Part shown: piece by piece, positions 40,501 to 53,978 of the stretch
Layout of the letters: each line of letters starts with the position of its first letter
How positions within the stretch are numbered: position 1 is the first letter of the stretch
Assembly (NCBI GenBank): GCA_964016885.1
Contig: OZ024744.1
Span: forward strand, 90,768,001 to 90,832,000
DNA: 64,000 nucleotides
Origin: Eledone cirrhosa
Taxonomy: Eukaryota
Reading direction: 5' to 3'
Translations under genes and position numbers: made by a program
Notes under the pieces: model-generated
The model's database searches: none
What the model was told of the DNA's origin: nothing
Seen by the model: the letters and a program-made list of their open reading frames with translations, nothing else

Positions 40501-43250
40501 GTTGGTTGGTTGGTTGGTTGGATGGTTGCATGGTTGGTTGTTTGGTTAGTTGGTTGGTTGGTTGGATGGTTGGATGGTTGGTTGGCTGGTTGGTTGGGTG
40601 GTTGATTGGATGGTTGGTTGTATGGTTGGTTGGGTGGTTGTATGGTTGGTTGGTTGGTTGGATGGTTGGTTGGATGGTTGGGTGGGTGGTTCGACAGGTG
40701 TTTGGTTGATTGTATGGTTGGTTGTATGGTTGGTTGGTTGGTTGGATTGTTGGTTGGTTGGTTGGTTGTATGTTTGGATGGTTGGTTGGTTGATTGTATG
40801 GTTGGATGGTTGGTTGATTGTATGGTTGGATGGTTGGTTGGATGGATGGTGGTTGGTTGGATGGTTGGTTGGTTGGTTGGTTGGATTGTTGGTTGTTTGG
40901 ATGGATGATTGGATGGTTGGTTGGTTGGTTGGTTGGTTGGTTGGTTGATTGGTTGGTTGGATGGATGGCTGGTTGGTTGGTTGGATGGTTGGTTGGATGG
41001 TTGCATGGTTGGTTGTTTGGTTAGTTGGTTGGTTGGTTGGCTGGTTGGTTGGTTGGTTGGGTGGTTGATTGGATGGTTGGTTGTATGGGTGGTTGGGTGG
41101 TTGGTTGGGTGGTTGGGTGGTTGGTTGGGTGGTTGGTTGGATGGTTGGTTGGATGGTCGGGTGGTTGGTTGGTTGTATGGTTGGTTGGTTGTATGTTTGG
41201 ATGGTTGGTTGGTTGATTGTATGATTGGATGGTTGGTTGATTGGTTGGTTGGTTGGTTGGATGGATGGTTGGTTGGTTGGTTGGTTGGTTCGATGGTTGG
41301 TTGGTTGGTTGGATGGTTGTATGTCCGGTTGGTTGATTGTATGGTTGGATGGTTGGTTGGATGGATGGTTGGTTGGTTGGATGGTTGGTTGATTGGTTGG
41401 ATGGTTGGATGTCCGGTTGGTTGGTTGGTTGTTTGATTGGTTGGTTGGTTGGATGGCTGGTTGGTTGGTTGGTTGGATGGTTGGTTGGTTGGTTGTTTGG
41501 TTGCATGGTTGGTTGTTTGGTTAGTTGGTTGGTTGGATGGTTGGATGGTCGGTTGGTTGGTTGGTTGGTTGGTTGGTTGGTTGGTTGGTTGGTTGTATGG
41601 TTGGATGTTTGCTTGGATGGTTCGATGGCTAGTTGGTTGGATGGTTGGATGGTTGGTTGGTTGGTTGGTTGGTTGGTTGGATGGCTGGTTGGTTGGTTGG
41701 TTGGTTGGATGGCTGTTTGGTTGGTTGGTTGGTTGGTTGGATGGTTGGATGGTTGGATGGTTTGTTGTATGTTTGGCTGTTTGGGTGGTTGGTTGTATGG
41801 TTGGATGGTTGGTTCGTTGTATGGTTGGATGGTTGTTTGTATGGTTGGATGGTTGGTTTGTTGGTACTATCGTTGGACGGTTGGTTGGATGGTTGGATGA
41901 TTGGATGGTTGATTAATTGGTTGTATGGTTTGATGGTTGTTTGGATGGATGGTTGGTTGGTTGTTTGGTTGGTTGTATGGTTGGATGATTGGTTGGTTGT
42001 ATGTTTGGATGGCTGCTTGAATGGATGGTTGGTTGGTTGGGTGGTTGGTTGGTGGTATGGTTGGATGGTTGGTTGGTTGTATGGTTGGATGGTTGGATGG
42101 ATGGATGGTTGGTTGGTTGATTGTATGGTTGGATGGCTGGTTGGATGGCTGGTTGGATGCTTGGTTGGTTGGTTGGTTGGTTGTATGGTTGGTTGGTTGG
42201 TTGTATGGTTGGATAGTTGGTTGAATGGTTAGTTGGTTAGTTGGTTGTATGTTTGGATGGTTGGTTAGTTGGTCGTATGGTTGGTTGGATGGTTGGATGG
42301 ATGGTTGCATGGTTGGATGGTTGGTTGGTTGGATGGTTGGTTGGATGATTGGTTGTATGGTTGGATGATTTGTTGGTTGGATGGTGGTTTGTTTGGTTGG
42401 TTGGATGGTTGCTTGTATGGTTGGTTGGTTAGTTGGATGGTTGTATGGTTGGTTGGTTGGATGGATGGTTTGATGGTTGCATAGTTGGCTGGATTGTTGG
42501 TTGGTTGGATGGTTGGTTGGATGGTTGGTTGGTTGGAAAGAAGGAAGGAAGGAAAGAAAGAAAGGAGGAAAGTAAATGAAGACAAATGGTTAGGTGGTTG
42601 GATGGTTGGTTGGATGGTTGGTCGTATGGGTGGTTGGCTGGTTGGTTGTGTGGTTGGTTGGCTGGTTGGTTGGATGTTTGGATTGTTGGTTGGATGGTTG
42701 GTTGGTTGGTTGGTTGGTTGGTTGGGTTGTTGGTTGGATGGTTGGTTGGTTGGTTGGTTGGGTTGTTGGTTGGATGGTTGGTTGTATGGTTGGTTAGATT
42801 GTTGGATGGTTGGTTGGATGGTTGGTTGGATTGTTGGTCGGTTGGTTGGTTGGTAGGTTGGTTGGTTGGATGGTTGGATGGTTCGTTGTATGGGTGGTTT
42901 GTTGGATGGTTAGATGGCTGGTTGGATCAATGGATGGTTGGATAGATGGATGAGTGATTGTATGTATGCATGCATGGATGGATAGATGGTTGTATTAATT
43001 GTTGATGAATGGATGATTGGCTGGCTGAATGCATGGATGGTTGAATGAATGTTTGGTAGATGGATGGATGAATAATGGTAGATGGATGGATGAATGGATG
43101 GTTGGATGGATGGTTTGATAAATGGTTGTATTAATAGTAGGTGAATGGATGACTGGCTAGCTGGATGGATGGAATGTTGAATGGTTGTATTAATTGTAGA
43201 TGAATGGATGACTGGCTGAATTTATGGATGGATGATTGAATAAATGGTCG
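37576..43250. repeat. About 5.5 kb complex (TGGT/TGGA/TTGT) microsatellite with higher-order repeats, degenerating to the right
   Basis: Direct reading. Exact about 480-bp repeat, e.g. lines 39121-39300 equal 39601-39780. Confidence 0.95.
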
Positions 43251-43831
43251 GCTGGAAGCCCAGTCAAATATTGTGTTGGTGGCTTAACCCTTTTGATACC
43301 GTCTTGGTGAAACCACCATTTTAACTCTTTCATGACCATATTTCTAATGAAATACACTTTATTTCAATTAATTAATTAATTAAAAATTTTGAGAGATTTA
43401 CTAAAACTATTAATTATTTTATCACTAAGATAGTAACTTAATGTAAAGTTCTTATATAAAATTATGTTGGAAGATTTTAATTTAAATTGGATACCTTTAA
43501 GATGGGTGGTTTTATTTCATAGAAACAGAACTGGTTTTGGCCGGTAAAGGATTTACAGAGTTCCTATTAAAATTAAAGTCTTCCAAATAAATTCTATATC
43601 TTAACGCTTTTTTTTTAAAGCTGTTACAAATACTGCCTTCGTAATGAAATAATTAATAGTTTTAGTAAATCGTTCTCAATTCTTAACTAATTAATTAATT
43701 CAGATACATTGTATTTAATTAGAAATACAATGTAATGAAAGGGTTACTTTGATGTGAATGAAATTATAATTATAAATAAAAAGACTATGACTAATGTGAA
43801 TGTAAGAGAAGAGCAATGATATATATATATC

Positions 43832-44356
43832 ATCATCATCATCATCACCATTTTACGTCCATTCTTACACGCTAGCATGAGTTAGACGGGTAGCCCTGTT
43901 GTGAGCAGTGTCCAGTCGGCTGACCTTGTCTTGCTTATACTGGAACTGATTCTGGCTTGATTTCTACAGCTGGATGCCCTTCCTAACACCAACCTCATTT
44001 ACAGTGAGTGCTGGGTGCTTTTTTTCCGAGGCACCTCCACGTCCACTTTACAGCGAGTGCTGGGTGCTTTTTTTCCATGGTACCTCCACGTCCACTTTAC
44101 AGTGTGGGCTGGGTGCTTTTTTTCCGTGGAACCTTCACGTCCACTTTACAGTGTGGGCTGGGTGCTTTTTTTGCTGTGGCACCTCCATGACCACTTTTCA
44201 GTCCCTATCATCTCATTTCTACAGCTGAGTAAACTGGAGCAATGTGAAATAATGTGTCTTGCTCAAGGAAACAACACATCACCCGGTCTGAGAATTGAAC
44301 TCACAATCTTTCGATTGCAATCCCAATGCCCTAACCACTAAGCCATGTGCCTCCAT
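43832..44356 (-). mobile_element. Tripartite SINE: tRNA head + CORE + RTE-derived 3' tail with about 45-bp internal repeats (copy at 52542-52984)
   Basis: Head TGGCTTAGTGGTTAG...GAGTTCAATTC. The tail matches the RTE 3' UTR at 33760-33940 and ends in (GAT)n. Confidence 0.85.
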
Positions 44357-44359
44357 ATA

Positions 44360-44730
44360 CAAATAATGAATCAAAACATATCAAATATGTTTAGAATATT
44401 GTGTTTCTCAATAAGCAAGTTCAATAGACTTTATCCAGAGCCATAATAACCAAATAAAAAGATATATGTTTACATATAGAGAGAGCCATATATCGCACAA
44501 GAAACACAGTATATTGTATATATACCAAATACATATTCTGTAGAAGAATCCATACAAAGGTGGAAACATAAGGGAAACCTTATAGCGCTATTTCATACCT
44601 GGCCGTAATCTCCAGGTATAAAATAGCACTATAAGATTTCACTTTGTACGGATTCTTCTACAGAATATGTATTTGGTATATATACAATATACTGTGTTTC
44701 TTGTGCGATATATGGCTCTTTCTCTCTCTC
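44360..44730. mobile_element. Fold-back PLE-like terminus centred on an HHR stem II
   Basis: Arms about 44478-44602 and 44612-44725. Minus strand reads ATACCTGG-loop-CCAGGTAT-GAAATAGCGCTATA-AGG. Confidence 0.6.
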
Positions 44731-44769
44731 TCTATATATATATACATATATCTCTTTATGTGTCAATAT

Positions 44770-46810
44770 GATCAACCCTCCATACGGAGCTTCCTGGCAA
44801 CATATCCAGGCATGATTTTTTGCTGATAAGCATGCAGATTTTCATCCATGGATTCACTGCGGTACTGCTAGGCAATTTCCCTGATTGTGAGTTTGTGATT
44901 ATCATGCAGAGAGTATCTTTCAAAGGGGTTCCTTCCTAACTCTCATGCAGACAAACTTGCTCAATAGCTGGGCTCCTATGCTTCGAGGTTCGTAGATGTT
45001 GTCGGAGGGATATGATGTGACACTCAAATGTTGTCTGGACCGATGTTAGGCCTCTGCCTCCCTGCTTACGCTTCAAGTAAAGGCGGCCTATGTCACTGTT
45101 GATGTGGAAGTTTCCGGTGTTGTTTAGGACTTTGGAGGTTTTAACATCAATAGCTTGGATTTCGTCTATCGTCCAGTTGAGTATTCCAAACATCGGTGTT
45201 AGGACAGGCACAGCAAACACATTGTGAGCCACTGTTTTATTGTGCGCAGAGAGTTCCGATGACCATATTTTTTTTAATCGAGTGTAATATTCCCTGGTTA
45301 CACGTTCCTTATTACAAATACCATTATAGGATATGTTCTCATCTATCCCCAGGTATCTGTAGCAGTCTTCATCAGATATCAGGCCATTGATGAAAATGTT
45401 GCTAGATTGGGTTGTAGTTTTTCCCCAATTTACAATCATATATGAACATTTTTATCTTGGCGAAACTCCATTCCTATATCCTTTGAGAATGTTGTAACCA
45501 AGTCAAGATTTTTCTTCATCCCATCTATGTTGACATAGAGTTTCAGATTGTCCACAAAGAAATTATGGGTTAAGTTCGTATTTCTGTTTGCCTGTGAGCC
45601 AATGACATGATAAATAATATCACAGAGAGACTGTCTCCTTGAAATATACCCCTGTGATATTCTATTTTAGCAGTGAAAATAGTCCTCCTTCTCTGTTTTT
45701 AACTTTAGAATAGTAGCCCAAGAAGAAGACAGCTTCTCTATGGCTCTGATAATAATGTCTGGGACTTTAGCAAGTCGGAGGGCCTCTATCATCCAAGTGT
45801 GGGGGAACAGAATCAAATGCTTTCTTGTAGTCCAGCCAGACTGTAGCCATATTCCTCCTAAGTTGTTGCACCTCCAACACTGCAATTTTGTTGATTAGTT
45901 GTTCAGCACATCCCTCAGCCACCTTTCTTTCCAGCTGCTTGTTCATCTGTGATGATGTCATTACTGTTGCAGTGATCTTGGAGAAATAGGTTCAGCCAGG
46001 CTGTATACATCTTATACATCAGGTTCTGGCATACAATGGGCCGGTAGTTTTTTACCAAGTGGGTGTCTTTGTTCTTGGGGACCAGTAATGTTTATGCTAA
46101 TGTTGACCATCCTGGTATAAGTGGATGTCCCTTGAGAGCTTCTAGTAGAGGTTGATAGGATACATCCAATAGAACACCAGGTTTTTGTACCAGTAGCCGA
46201 CAATCAAGTCTTTTCCTGGTGTTTTCTTATCTTGGAGTTTTCCTATCACAGTCTCAAGGGTACCCTCATTTATTTTGTATGTTTTTGTTGTAGTGTAGGA
46301 GCAATAGTTCTTTCGGATTTCTTTTAGTCACACTGCATCTTGGTTGAAATTCTTCTTCTCACCCCATATTTTTCTCCAAAATGAATCTATGTCTTTCAGT
46401 GACACTTATTATTTTGCCCTTCATATCTCTATAGACTGATATTTGGTTTTGTCTGAATCTTTTATTAAGTACCTTTATTTCATCTACCCTCTTCTGGTAT
46501 TGAAGATTTTCTCTAACAGCTCTCAATTCTTGTTTGAGGGGGATCAGCTTATATTGAAGAGTTCTGGTTCTACTGTTACCAAACATCGTCTCTATTTTAT
46601 TTTTCACTCTTTGTTAGGGAGGAGTGAAGTTTTTTAGTTTTTGTTTGCATGTAAAGACCATTGTCACATATCCTATGGTTTTTCATAGGTCAGCAATCTT
46701 TTTTTCTATTTTAGTTATATATGATAGTATTTTTTGTGGTGTTTTGTTCTTGTTAATATCTCTGCTATCACCAAGATAATGCTTCACTGTCATTGCTAGG
46801 GCATATAAAC
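44770..46810 (-). mobile_element. Dong/R4-like (RLE-type) non-LTR retrotransposon relic
   Basis: WLDYKKAFDSVP, GIFQGDSL, HNFFVDNLKLY, YRYLGIDE and RLYLKRKQGGRGL, with multiple frameshifts and stops. Confidence 0.8.
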
Positions 46811-46949
46811 AGGTGTTGATTTGCCAAAATGTTGGGGTTTTAATTCATCGTAAATATTCAGCCCCTATTTTGTCAAAAGCATGTAATATTTCATTATTTG
46901 GTTTTATTTTGTTTAGCACTGTATGTATATATGTATGTTTGGGTCTATA

Positions 46950-47190
46950 CTGGTGGATGTATGTGAGTGATATTGAGATCCTTGAAAGAAGTCATTATCA
47001 GAATATCAAATTGGTTATCTTCCAACACTGTCTCCGATGGGTGGGATATGTGGTGAGAATGGCTGATTGTAGGCCACCCAAACAATCCTTTATGGTGAGC
47101 CAAGTGAAAACAAACCTCCACCTTATAAACCTAAGATGAGGTTCAAGGACTGTATGAAAACATCTCTGATGAAAGCAGGTTTAAATGCTA
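46950..47190 (+). mobile_element. RTE (BovB-like) LINE 3' fragment
   Basis: LRWVGYVVRMADCRPPKQ motif. Confidence 0.65.
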
Positions 47191-47419
47191 AAGGGTTAAA
47201 GAAACGTTCAGCGAAGATTTTTAATATAATTAAATGAGTATTTTAAAATGGGAGAGTTTTATTATCATAAAACTAGGGTGGTTTCAGGTAGTTTAATATT
47301 TGTATTGAAAGGGTTAAAAATAAACTCTTTACCCAGGTTTGATCTCCCCGGAAGGAACTTTCTAGATGCAGTCAAATGGTAATCCTTACTTAACAGAAGC
47401 AGCGTCAGATTAGACAAGT

Positions 47420-47575
47420 AGCATCATTAACATCAACCTCATCATCATCATCATCATCATCATCATTAACATCATCATCATTAACATCATCATCATCATC
47501 ATCATCATTATTAACAACATCAAACATCATTAACACCATCATTAACATCATCATCATCATCATCATCATCATTAA

Positions 47576-47608
<33 letters not shown>

Positions 47609-47808
47609 TATTAACATCATCAAACATCATCATCATCATCATTAACATCATCATCATCATCATCATTAACATCATCATCATCATCATCATCATCATCATT
47701 ATTAACATCATCATCATCATCATCATCATTAACATCATCATCATCATCATTATTAACAACATCAAACATCATTAACACCATCATTAACATCATCATCATC
47801 ATCGTTAA

Positions 47809-47844
<36 letters not shown>

Positions 47845-48152
47845 TATTAACATCATCATCATCATCATCATCATCATCATTAACATCATCATCATCATCA
47901 TTATTAACAACATCAAACATCATTAACATCATCATTAACATCATCATCATCATCATCATTAACATCATCATCATCATCACCACCATCATCATTATTAACA
48001 TCATCATCATCATCATTAACAACATCAAACATCATTAACACCATCATTAACATCACCATCATCATCATCAACAACATTGTCATCATCATCATTAACAACT
48101 TCAGCATCACCATCATCATCATCATCATCATCATCACCAACACCATCATCAC
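47420..48152. repeat. Complex (CAT)n/CATTAA microsatellite
   Basis: Direct reading. Contiguous with the (GAT)n tail of a minus-strand RTE-tail SINE fragment at 48150-48250. Confidence 0.9.
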
Positions 48153-48249
48153 CGTTTCACATCTATTTTTCCATCCTTGCATGGGTTAGACTGGTTGCCA
48201 TGTTATGAGGCTAGCCAGATCAGCTCAGGTGACCAGTCTTTTACATACA

Positions 48250-48635
48250 GTTCGTATTTCTGTTTACCTGTGAGCCAATGACATGATAAATAATATCACA
48301 GAGAGACTGTCTCCTTGAAATATACCCCTGTGATATTCTATTTTAGCAGTGAAAATAGTCCTCCTTCTCTGTTTTTAACTTTAGAATAGTAGCCCAAGAA
48401 GAAGACAGCTTCTCTATGGCTCTGATAATAATGTCTGGGACTTTAGCAAGTCGGAGGGCCTCTATCATCCAAGTGTGGGGAACAGAATCAGATGCTTTCT
48501 TGTAGTTCAGCCAGACTGTAGCCATATTCCTCCTAAGTTGTTGCACCTCCAACACTGCAATTTTGTTGATTAGTTGTTCAGCACATCCCTCAGCCACCTT
48601 TCTTTCCAGCTGCTTGTGATGATGTCATTACTGTT
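48250..48635 (-). mobile_element. Near-identical duplicate of the Dong/R4 RT segment 45574-45965
   Basis: The sequences match almost base for base, including shared lesions. Confidence 0.9.
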
Positions 48636-48772
48636 TCTGGCCTTGTTTTTACAGATAGATACTACCCTTCCAAACATCAACCATTTTACTGAATTGATTG
48701 GGTGCTATTCATTGTGACACCAACAGGGTGGACTGGGTGCTTTTTTTTTGCCATGGCATGACCACTTTACAT

Positions 48773-48878
48773 GTCTCCCTATTTTATCTGACGAAAACGC
48801 AAATGTTATTGCATGATGATATTTGTTTTTGAAATACGCATAATAAAATACATGGAACTCTTTTAACCATCTTTTGAT

Positions 48879-48885
<7 letters not shown>
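48773..48885 (+). mobile_element. Solo PLE terminus with HHR (same family as the 24551-24697 arm), ending in (TA)n
   Basis: TTTTAT-CTGACGA-AAACGC...GTTTTT-GAAATACGCATA-ATAAAA. Confidence 0.75.
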
Positions 48886-48913
<28 letters not shown>

Positions 48914-49217
48914 GATGGGTTAGTTATGGCTACAATCCTATCTGAAATCCCTTCTTCTTTACCCACTTATTCCTGAGATGGTTGTGGGGGAAAAGTCCTC
49001 AAACATTCCTTCCAGCAGGTCCTGTCAGAAGGAACCATCTCCAACTGATCCGACTGGATCCCTATCTGAAATCCCATCTTTTTAAAAAACTTAAGGACAT
49101 CTTAAACAGCTTAGTTCCTGGTATATAAAAAGATGGTGTTAGCCATCTGGAATGCTTTTGATCATAAGGCTGATCTCAGGCTCATCAGAAAGTTATGGGG
49201 CTCAGGAGGTTTTAGAA

Positions 49218-49320
49218 CAGGCATGTCAAACTGAGGATCCCTCAATGGGCCATATGGGTCATGTATGTGTTGTCTGAGAGCCACACATGACTGTAAAGAG
49301 CCACATGTTTGACATGCCTA
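49218..49320. mobile_element. hAT (Charlie-like) MITE, 103 bp
   Basis: TIRs CAGGCATGTCAAAC / GTTTGACATGCCTA, with a perfect 8-bp TSD TTTTAGAA at 49210-49217 and 49321-49328. Confidence 0.85.
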
Positions 49321-49959
49321 TTTTAGAACATTCTGGTTGGAATATATTTCAGAGCCGCACACGACCGTGACCTCTGGCATCACGCAGTAATACAGGGTAC
49401 CCAACCTCCCATGGGTACAAGCTGAAGCATATAGACAATATGCCCCCACACCCCCCACCGCAAGGTGGTTGTGGAGGTGCCACGGTAAAAAAGCACCCAG
49501 TCCACACTGTAAAGTGGACGTGTAGGTGCCACGGCAAAAAAAGCACCCAGCACTCACTGTAAATGAGGTTGGTGTTAGGAAGGGCATCCAGCTGTAGAAA
49601 TCAAGCCAGATCAGTTCCTGTATGAGCAAGGCATGGTCAGCCGACCAGATGCTGCCCACAACAGGACAACCCGTCTAACCCATGCTAGCGTGGAAGAACG
49701 GACGTAAAACAGTGATGATGATGATGATGATGAAAGTTTCTTATAAACTATTTTCTATGAGGGTGTTGTAGTTTGCTTGAATCATTACGTAAAGTGTAGA
49801 AAATGGTGTTTTATTTATAAAGGTTACCACAATGTGAATTGGACAGTAAATGTTAAAACACATGATAACAAAGATGTTGGGGTGTTACTGTACAGTTCTT
49901 TATAGATCTTGATATTTCAGGATAAAATCCCTTCATGTATAGTGTATACATAAGCAAGA

Positions 49960-50031
<72 letters not shown>

Positions 50032-50248
50032 CAGAGACTTAAGTAGATGCCCTGCTTAAAGAAGGGGTCCTGTTCCAAGAGAGGAAACCTTGTTTGCTGA
50101 TGTGGTGGCCCAGGGCGTTTGTCACCCCCACACCGCCACCCCTCCTCCCGATAAATCTGACCATACTTCATTCCATTTCAAAAATGATACAACAATAACT
50201 TAGATTTGAAGATAGATCACATACCACGTGATATTCTAGACGTTAAAC

Positions 50249-50298
<50 letters not shown>

Positions 50299-51696
50299 CT
50301 TCCAGCATTGAAAGAAGACCACCACTTTCAAATTTCAAACAATGAGCAACAAAAAAATATACAGTTCTGGAACTAGTTTCCTCTATTAATCTTTTGATGT
50401 AGGGATTTTTTCCTGAAATATAAGGAGGACCTATAACGAATTGCAAGGTAACATATTTTTAACATTTTCTAATAAATTCACATTGTGGTAGACTGTAAAC
50501 ACTTTTTTTCTATTTTCTAGATCTGGGTGTACACCATTAAAAATTAAGGGGGCAATGCCATCCAGTGCCATCTAATGCCATTCTCTTTGGTGACGGGCCC
50601 TTTAGTGATGGGCTGAGTATACCTGAGTAATGTAAAATAAAGTGTTTTGCTCAAGAACACACAACACACAACCTAGTTCAGGAATCGAACCCATGACATT
50701 ATGATTGTAAGTCCAATAGCTTTACCAGTAGGTCACACGCTTCCATCATAACCAATTACAAACAACTCATTACTTTGTAAACACATTAAGAACATTCTAG
50801 AATTCTTGAGAAATAAACAATGGTACTCATTTACTGAAGGTGGTGAAGTGGTAGAGTCATTAGAACATCAGATAAAATGCTTTGCAGTATTTGTTTCCAG
50901 TTTTCAACTCTCTCAGTTCAAATCCTGCCAAGTCAACTTCTTTTTCTTTCATCCTTTTATTTTGGATCTCTGAGTTCTGAATTCAAATCCTGACAATCCT
51001 GTCTAACATTTGACACTTGCCAGCCTTGAAAATATGATAAATGTAAAACAACGATGATGATGATGATGATGATTGATTGATGATGATGATAATGATGATG
51101 ATATACAGAATGCTATAAGTGGCAATGTGACAGACATTACAACAGGCTCCTTTTTGACCCTATTAACCTTAGTTAGTAATGCCTACTTGTTTATTTGTCT
51201 CAGACAAAAATTAAGTAAGTAGTGAAAGGATCAAGAGAGATAGGAAGAGTGGGAGGAAGGGAGAGTGGGAGAAAGGAAGACAGAGGGGGAGTGAAGAGAG
51301 AGGGAAAGAAATGAAGAGAGAGGGAGAGAGAAAAACAGAGAGAGAGAGTGAAAGGAAGAGAGCGGGAGAAAGATATATATATATATATAGAGAGAGGGGG
51401 GAGAGGAGAGAAAGTGATAGAAGAAAAGACAAAAGAAAACAGGTAGATTACTAAGCGCATGCACGCATGCGCACATACAGACACACACAAACACACATAT
51501 ATATATATATATACACACACTCATATATACATAATATAGATACAAACATATATCTTCCCCCTCCCTTACTATCTCTCTCTCTCTCTCTCCTCCATACTCA
51601 CACATACAATTTTTCATTTCTCACACATTCTATCCTTCTCTTGCCCCTTCACTTCAAATCCTTTATAATCTCCCAGACTGTTCTTAAATCTACATT

Positions 51697-52008
51697 TCTT
51701 CTTCTTCTTCTTATTATTATTATTCTTCTTCTTCTTATTATTATTATTCTTCTTCTTCTTCTTCTTCTTCTTCTTATTCTTATTCTTCTTCTTCTTCTTA
51801 TTCTTCTTCTTCTTCTTTTTCTTTTTCGTTTTCTTTTTCTTTTTCTTTTTCTTCTTCTTCTTCTTCTTCTTATTATTATTATTATTATTTTTCCTTTTCT
51901 TTTTCTTTTTCTTTTTCTTTTTCTTTTTCTTCTTCTTCTTCTTATTATTATTCTTTTTCTTTTTCTTTTTCTTTTTCTTTTTCTTCTTCTTCTTCTTCTT
52001 CTTCTTCT

Positions 52009-52043
<35 letters not shown>

Positions 52044-52050
52044 TTCTTCT

Positions 52051-52097
<47 letters not shown>

Positions 52098-52140
52098 TTC
52101 TTCTTCTTCTTCTTCTTCTTCATCATCTTCTTCTTCTTTG
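51697..52140. repeat. Compound CTT/ATT/CTTTTT/CGT microsatellite
   Basis: Direct reading. Confidence 0.95.
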
Positions 52141-53162
52141 CTTTCTTCTCCCCTTAAGCAACTTCCTTTAATAAATAATCAAAAGAAAGACGCACTCACA
52201 GGTTAGTTTCATTTCATCCACATCCCATAATGGAGGAGTGTGGGGTGGGGTGGGATTGGGGTTTTCAGTCTGAACGCTACCACTGCCGCCACTACTACCA
52301 TTACCTATAATCCTACCAACAATGACAACACTGCCACCACCACCACCACCATCATCCCACAATTTTTTTTTTATGTGAAACAGTCATTGTACTGTTTTAT
52401 ACCTTTCAAAGAATGTCTTGCATGGTGTTTGATAATTCAAATGTTCATAGTATATTTACTAGTGAACAGATTGTTGTGAAAATATGCATTATTAGAGTAA
52501 AGACTTTTATCTTTAATGTGAAACAGTCATAGTGCTGCTTTCATCATCATCATCATCACCGTTTTACGTCCGTTCTTCCACGCTAGCATGGGTTAGCCGG
52601 GTTGTCCTGTTGTGGGCAGTGTCCAGTCGGCTGACCTTGTCTTGCTCATACGGGAACTGACTCTGGCTTGATTTCTACAGCTGGATGCCCTTCCTAACAC
52701 CAACCTCATTTACAGTGAGTGCTGGTGGCTTTTTTTCCGTGGTGCCTACATGTCCACTCTACAGTGTGGGCTGGGTGCTTTTTTGCCGTGGCACCTCCAC
52801 GACCACTTTTCAGTGGAATGATAGGGACCCCAGTCCTATCATCTCATTTCTACAGCTGAGTAAACTGGAGCTATGTGAAAAAAAGTGTCTTGCTCAAGGA
52901 AACAACACATCACCAGGTCTGAGAATTGAACTCATAACCTTTCGATTGCAAGCCCAATGTTCTAACCACTAAGCCACGTGCCTTCTTTATACTTTATACT
53001 TTTTTTAAATGTCTTGCTAATGTAGTTTCATAATTCAAATATTAATAGTATCTTTACTAGTGGACAGATTGTTACTAGTGGACATATTGAAGGTGATATA
53101 GTCATAGTAATGTTTTGTACTTTTCAAGAATGTCTTACTAATGTGATACAGGATACAAAGAG

Positions 53163-53978
53163 TTAACCCTTTAGTATTTACATTACTCTAAATTTACTAT
53201 TGTATTTTTGTAGTAAAGGCTTTACCTCACATAATATCTCACATAACATTTACATTACTCTATATTTACTATTGTATTTTTGTGGTAAAGGCTTTACCTC
53301 ACATAATATCTCACATTACTCTATATATACTATTATATTTTCACAGTAAAGGCTTTACCTCACATAACATCTCACATTACTCTATATATACTATTATATT
53401 TTCACAGTAAAGGCTTTACTTCACATAATATCTCACATAACATTTACATTGCTCTATATTTACTATTGTATTTTTACACTAAAGGCTTTACCTCACATAA
53501 TTATCTCACATAACATTTACATTGCTCTCTATTTACTATTGTATTTTTACACTAAAGGCTTTACCTCACATAATTATCTCACATAACATTTACATTGCTC
53601 TCTATTTACTATTGTATTTTTACACTAAAGGCTTTACCTCACATAATTATCTCACATAACATTTACATTGCTCTCTATTTACTATTGTATTTTTACACTA
53701 AAGGCTTTACCTCACATAATTATCTCACATAACATTTACATTGCTCTCTATTTACTATTGTATTTTTACACTAAAGGCTTTACCTCACATAATTATCTCA
53801 CATAACATTTACATTGCTCTATATTTACTATTGTATTTTTACACTAAAGGCTTTACCTCACATAATTATCTCACATAATACCTAATCTATGCGAATTTGA
53901 GATTATTTATTTTGAGAACAATACCTTAACATTGCTATACGTGGCCAGATGCAACTGGTTTAAATGCTAAACGGTTAA
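53163..53978. mobile_element. TTAA-bounded MITE with an internal about 62-bp tandem array (about 53420-53880)
   Basis: TTAACCCTTTAGTATTTA...TAAATGCTAAACGGTTAA inverted ends. The unit ...AAAGGCTTTACCTCACATAATTATCTCACATAACATTTACATTGCTCT... repeats about 7 times, plus diverged units. Confidence 0.75.

Noticed and set aside
37134-42945. 800-1000 aa QPTN/GWLV ORFs on both strands
   Set aside because: Open in several frames at once because the TGGT/ACCA repeats lack stops; not evidence of coding.
37576-43250. Telomeric or interstitial telomeric array
   Set aside because: The unit is TGGT/TGGA/TTGT, not TTAGGG or TTAGG, and the array is internal and degenerate.
47405-52171. Poly-Met/Asp and poly-Lys/Leu ORFs
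   Set aside because: Translations of CAT and CTT microsatellites.
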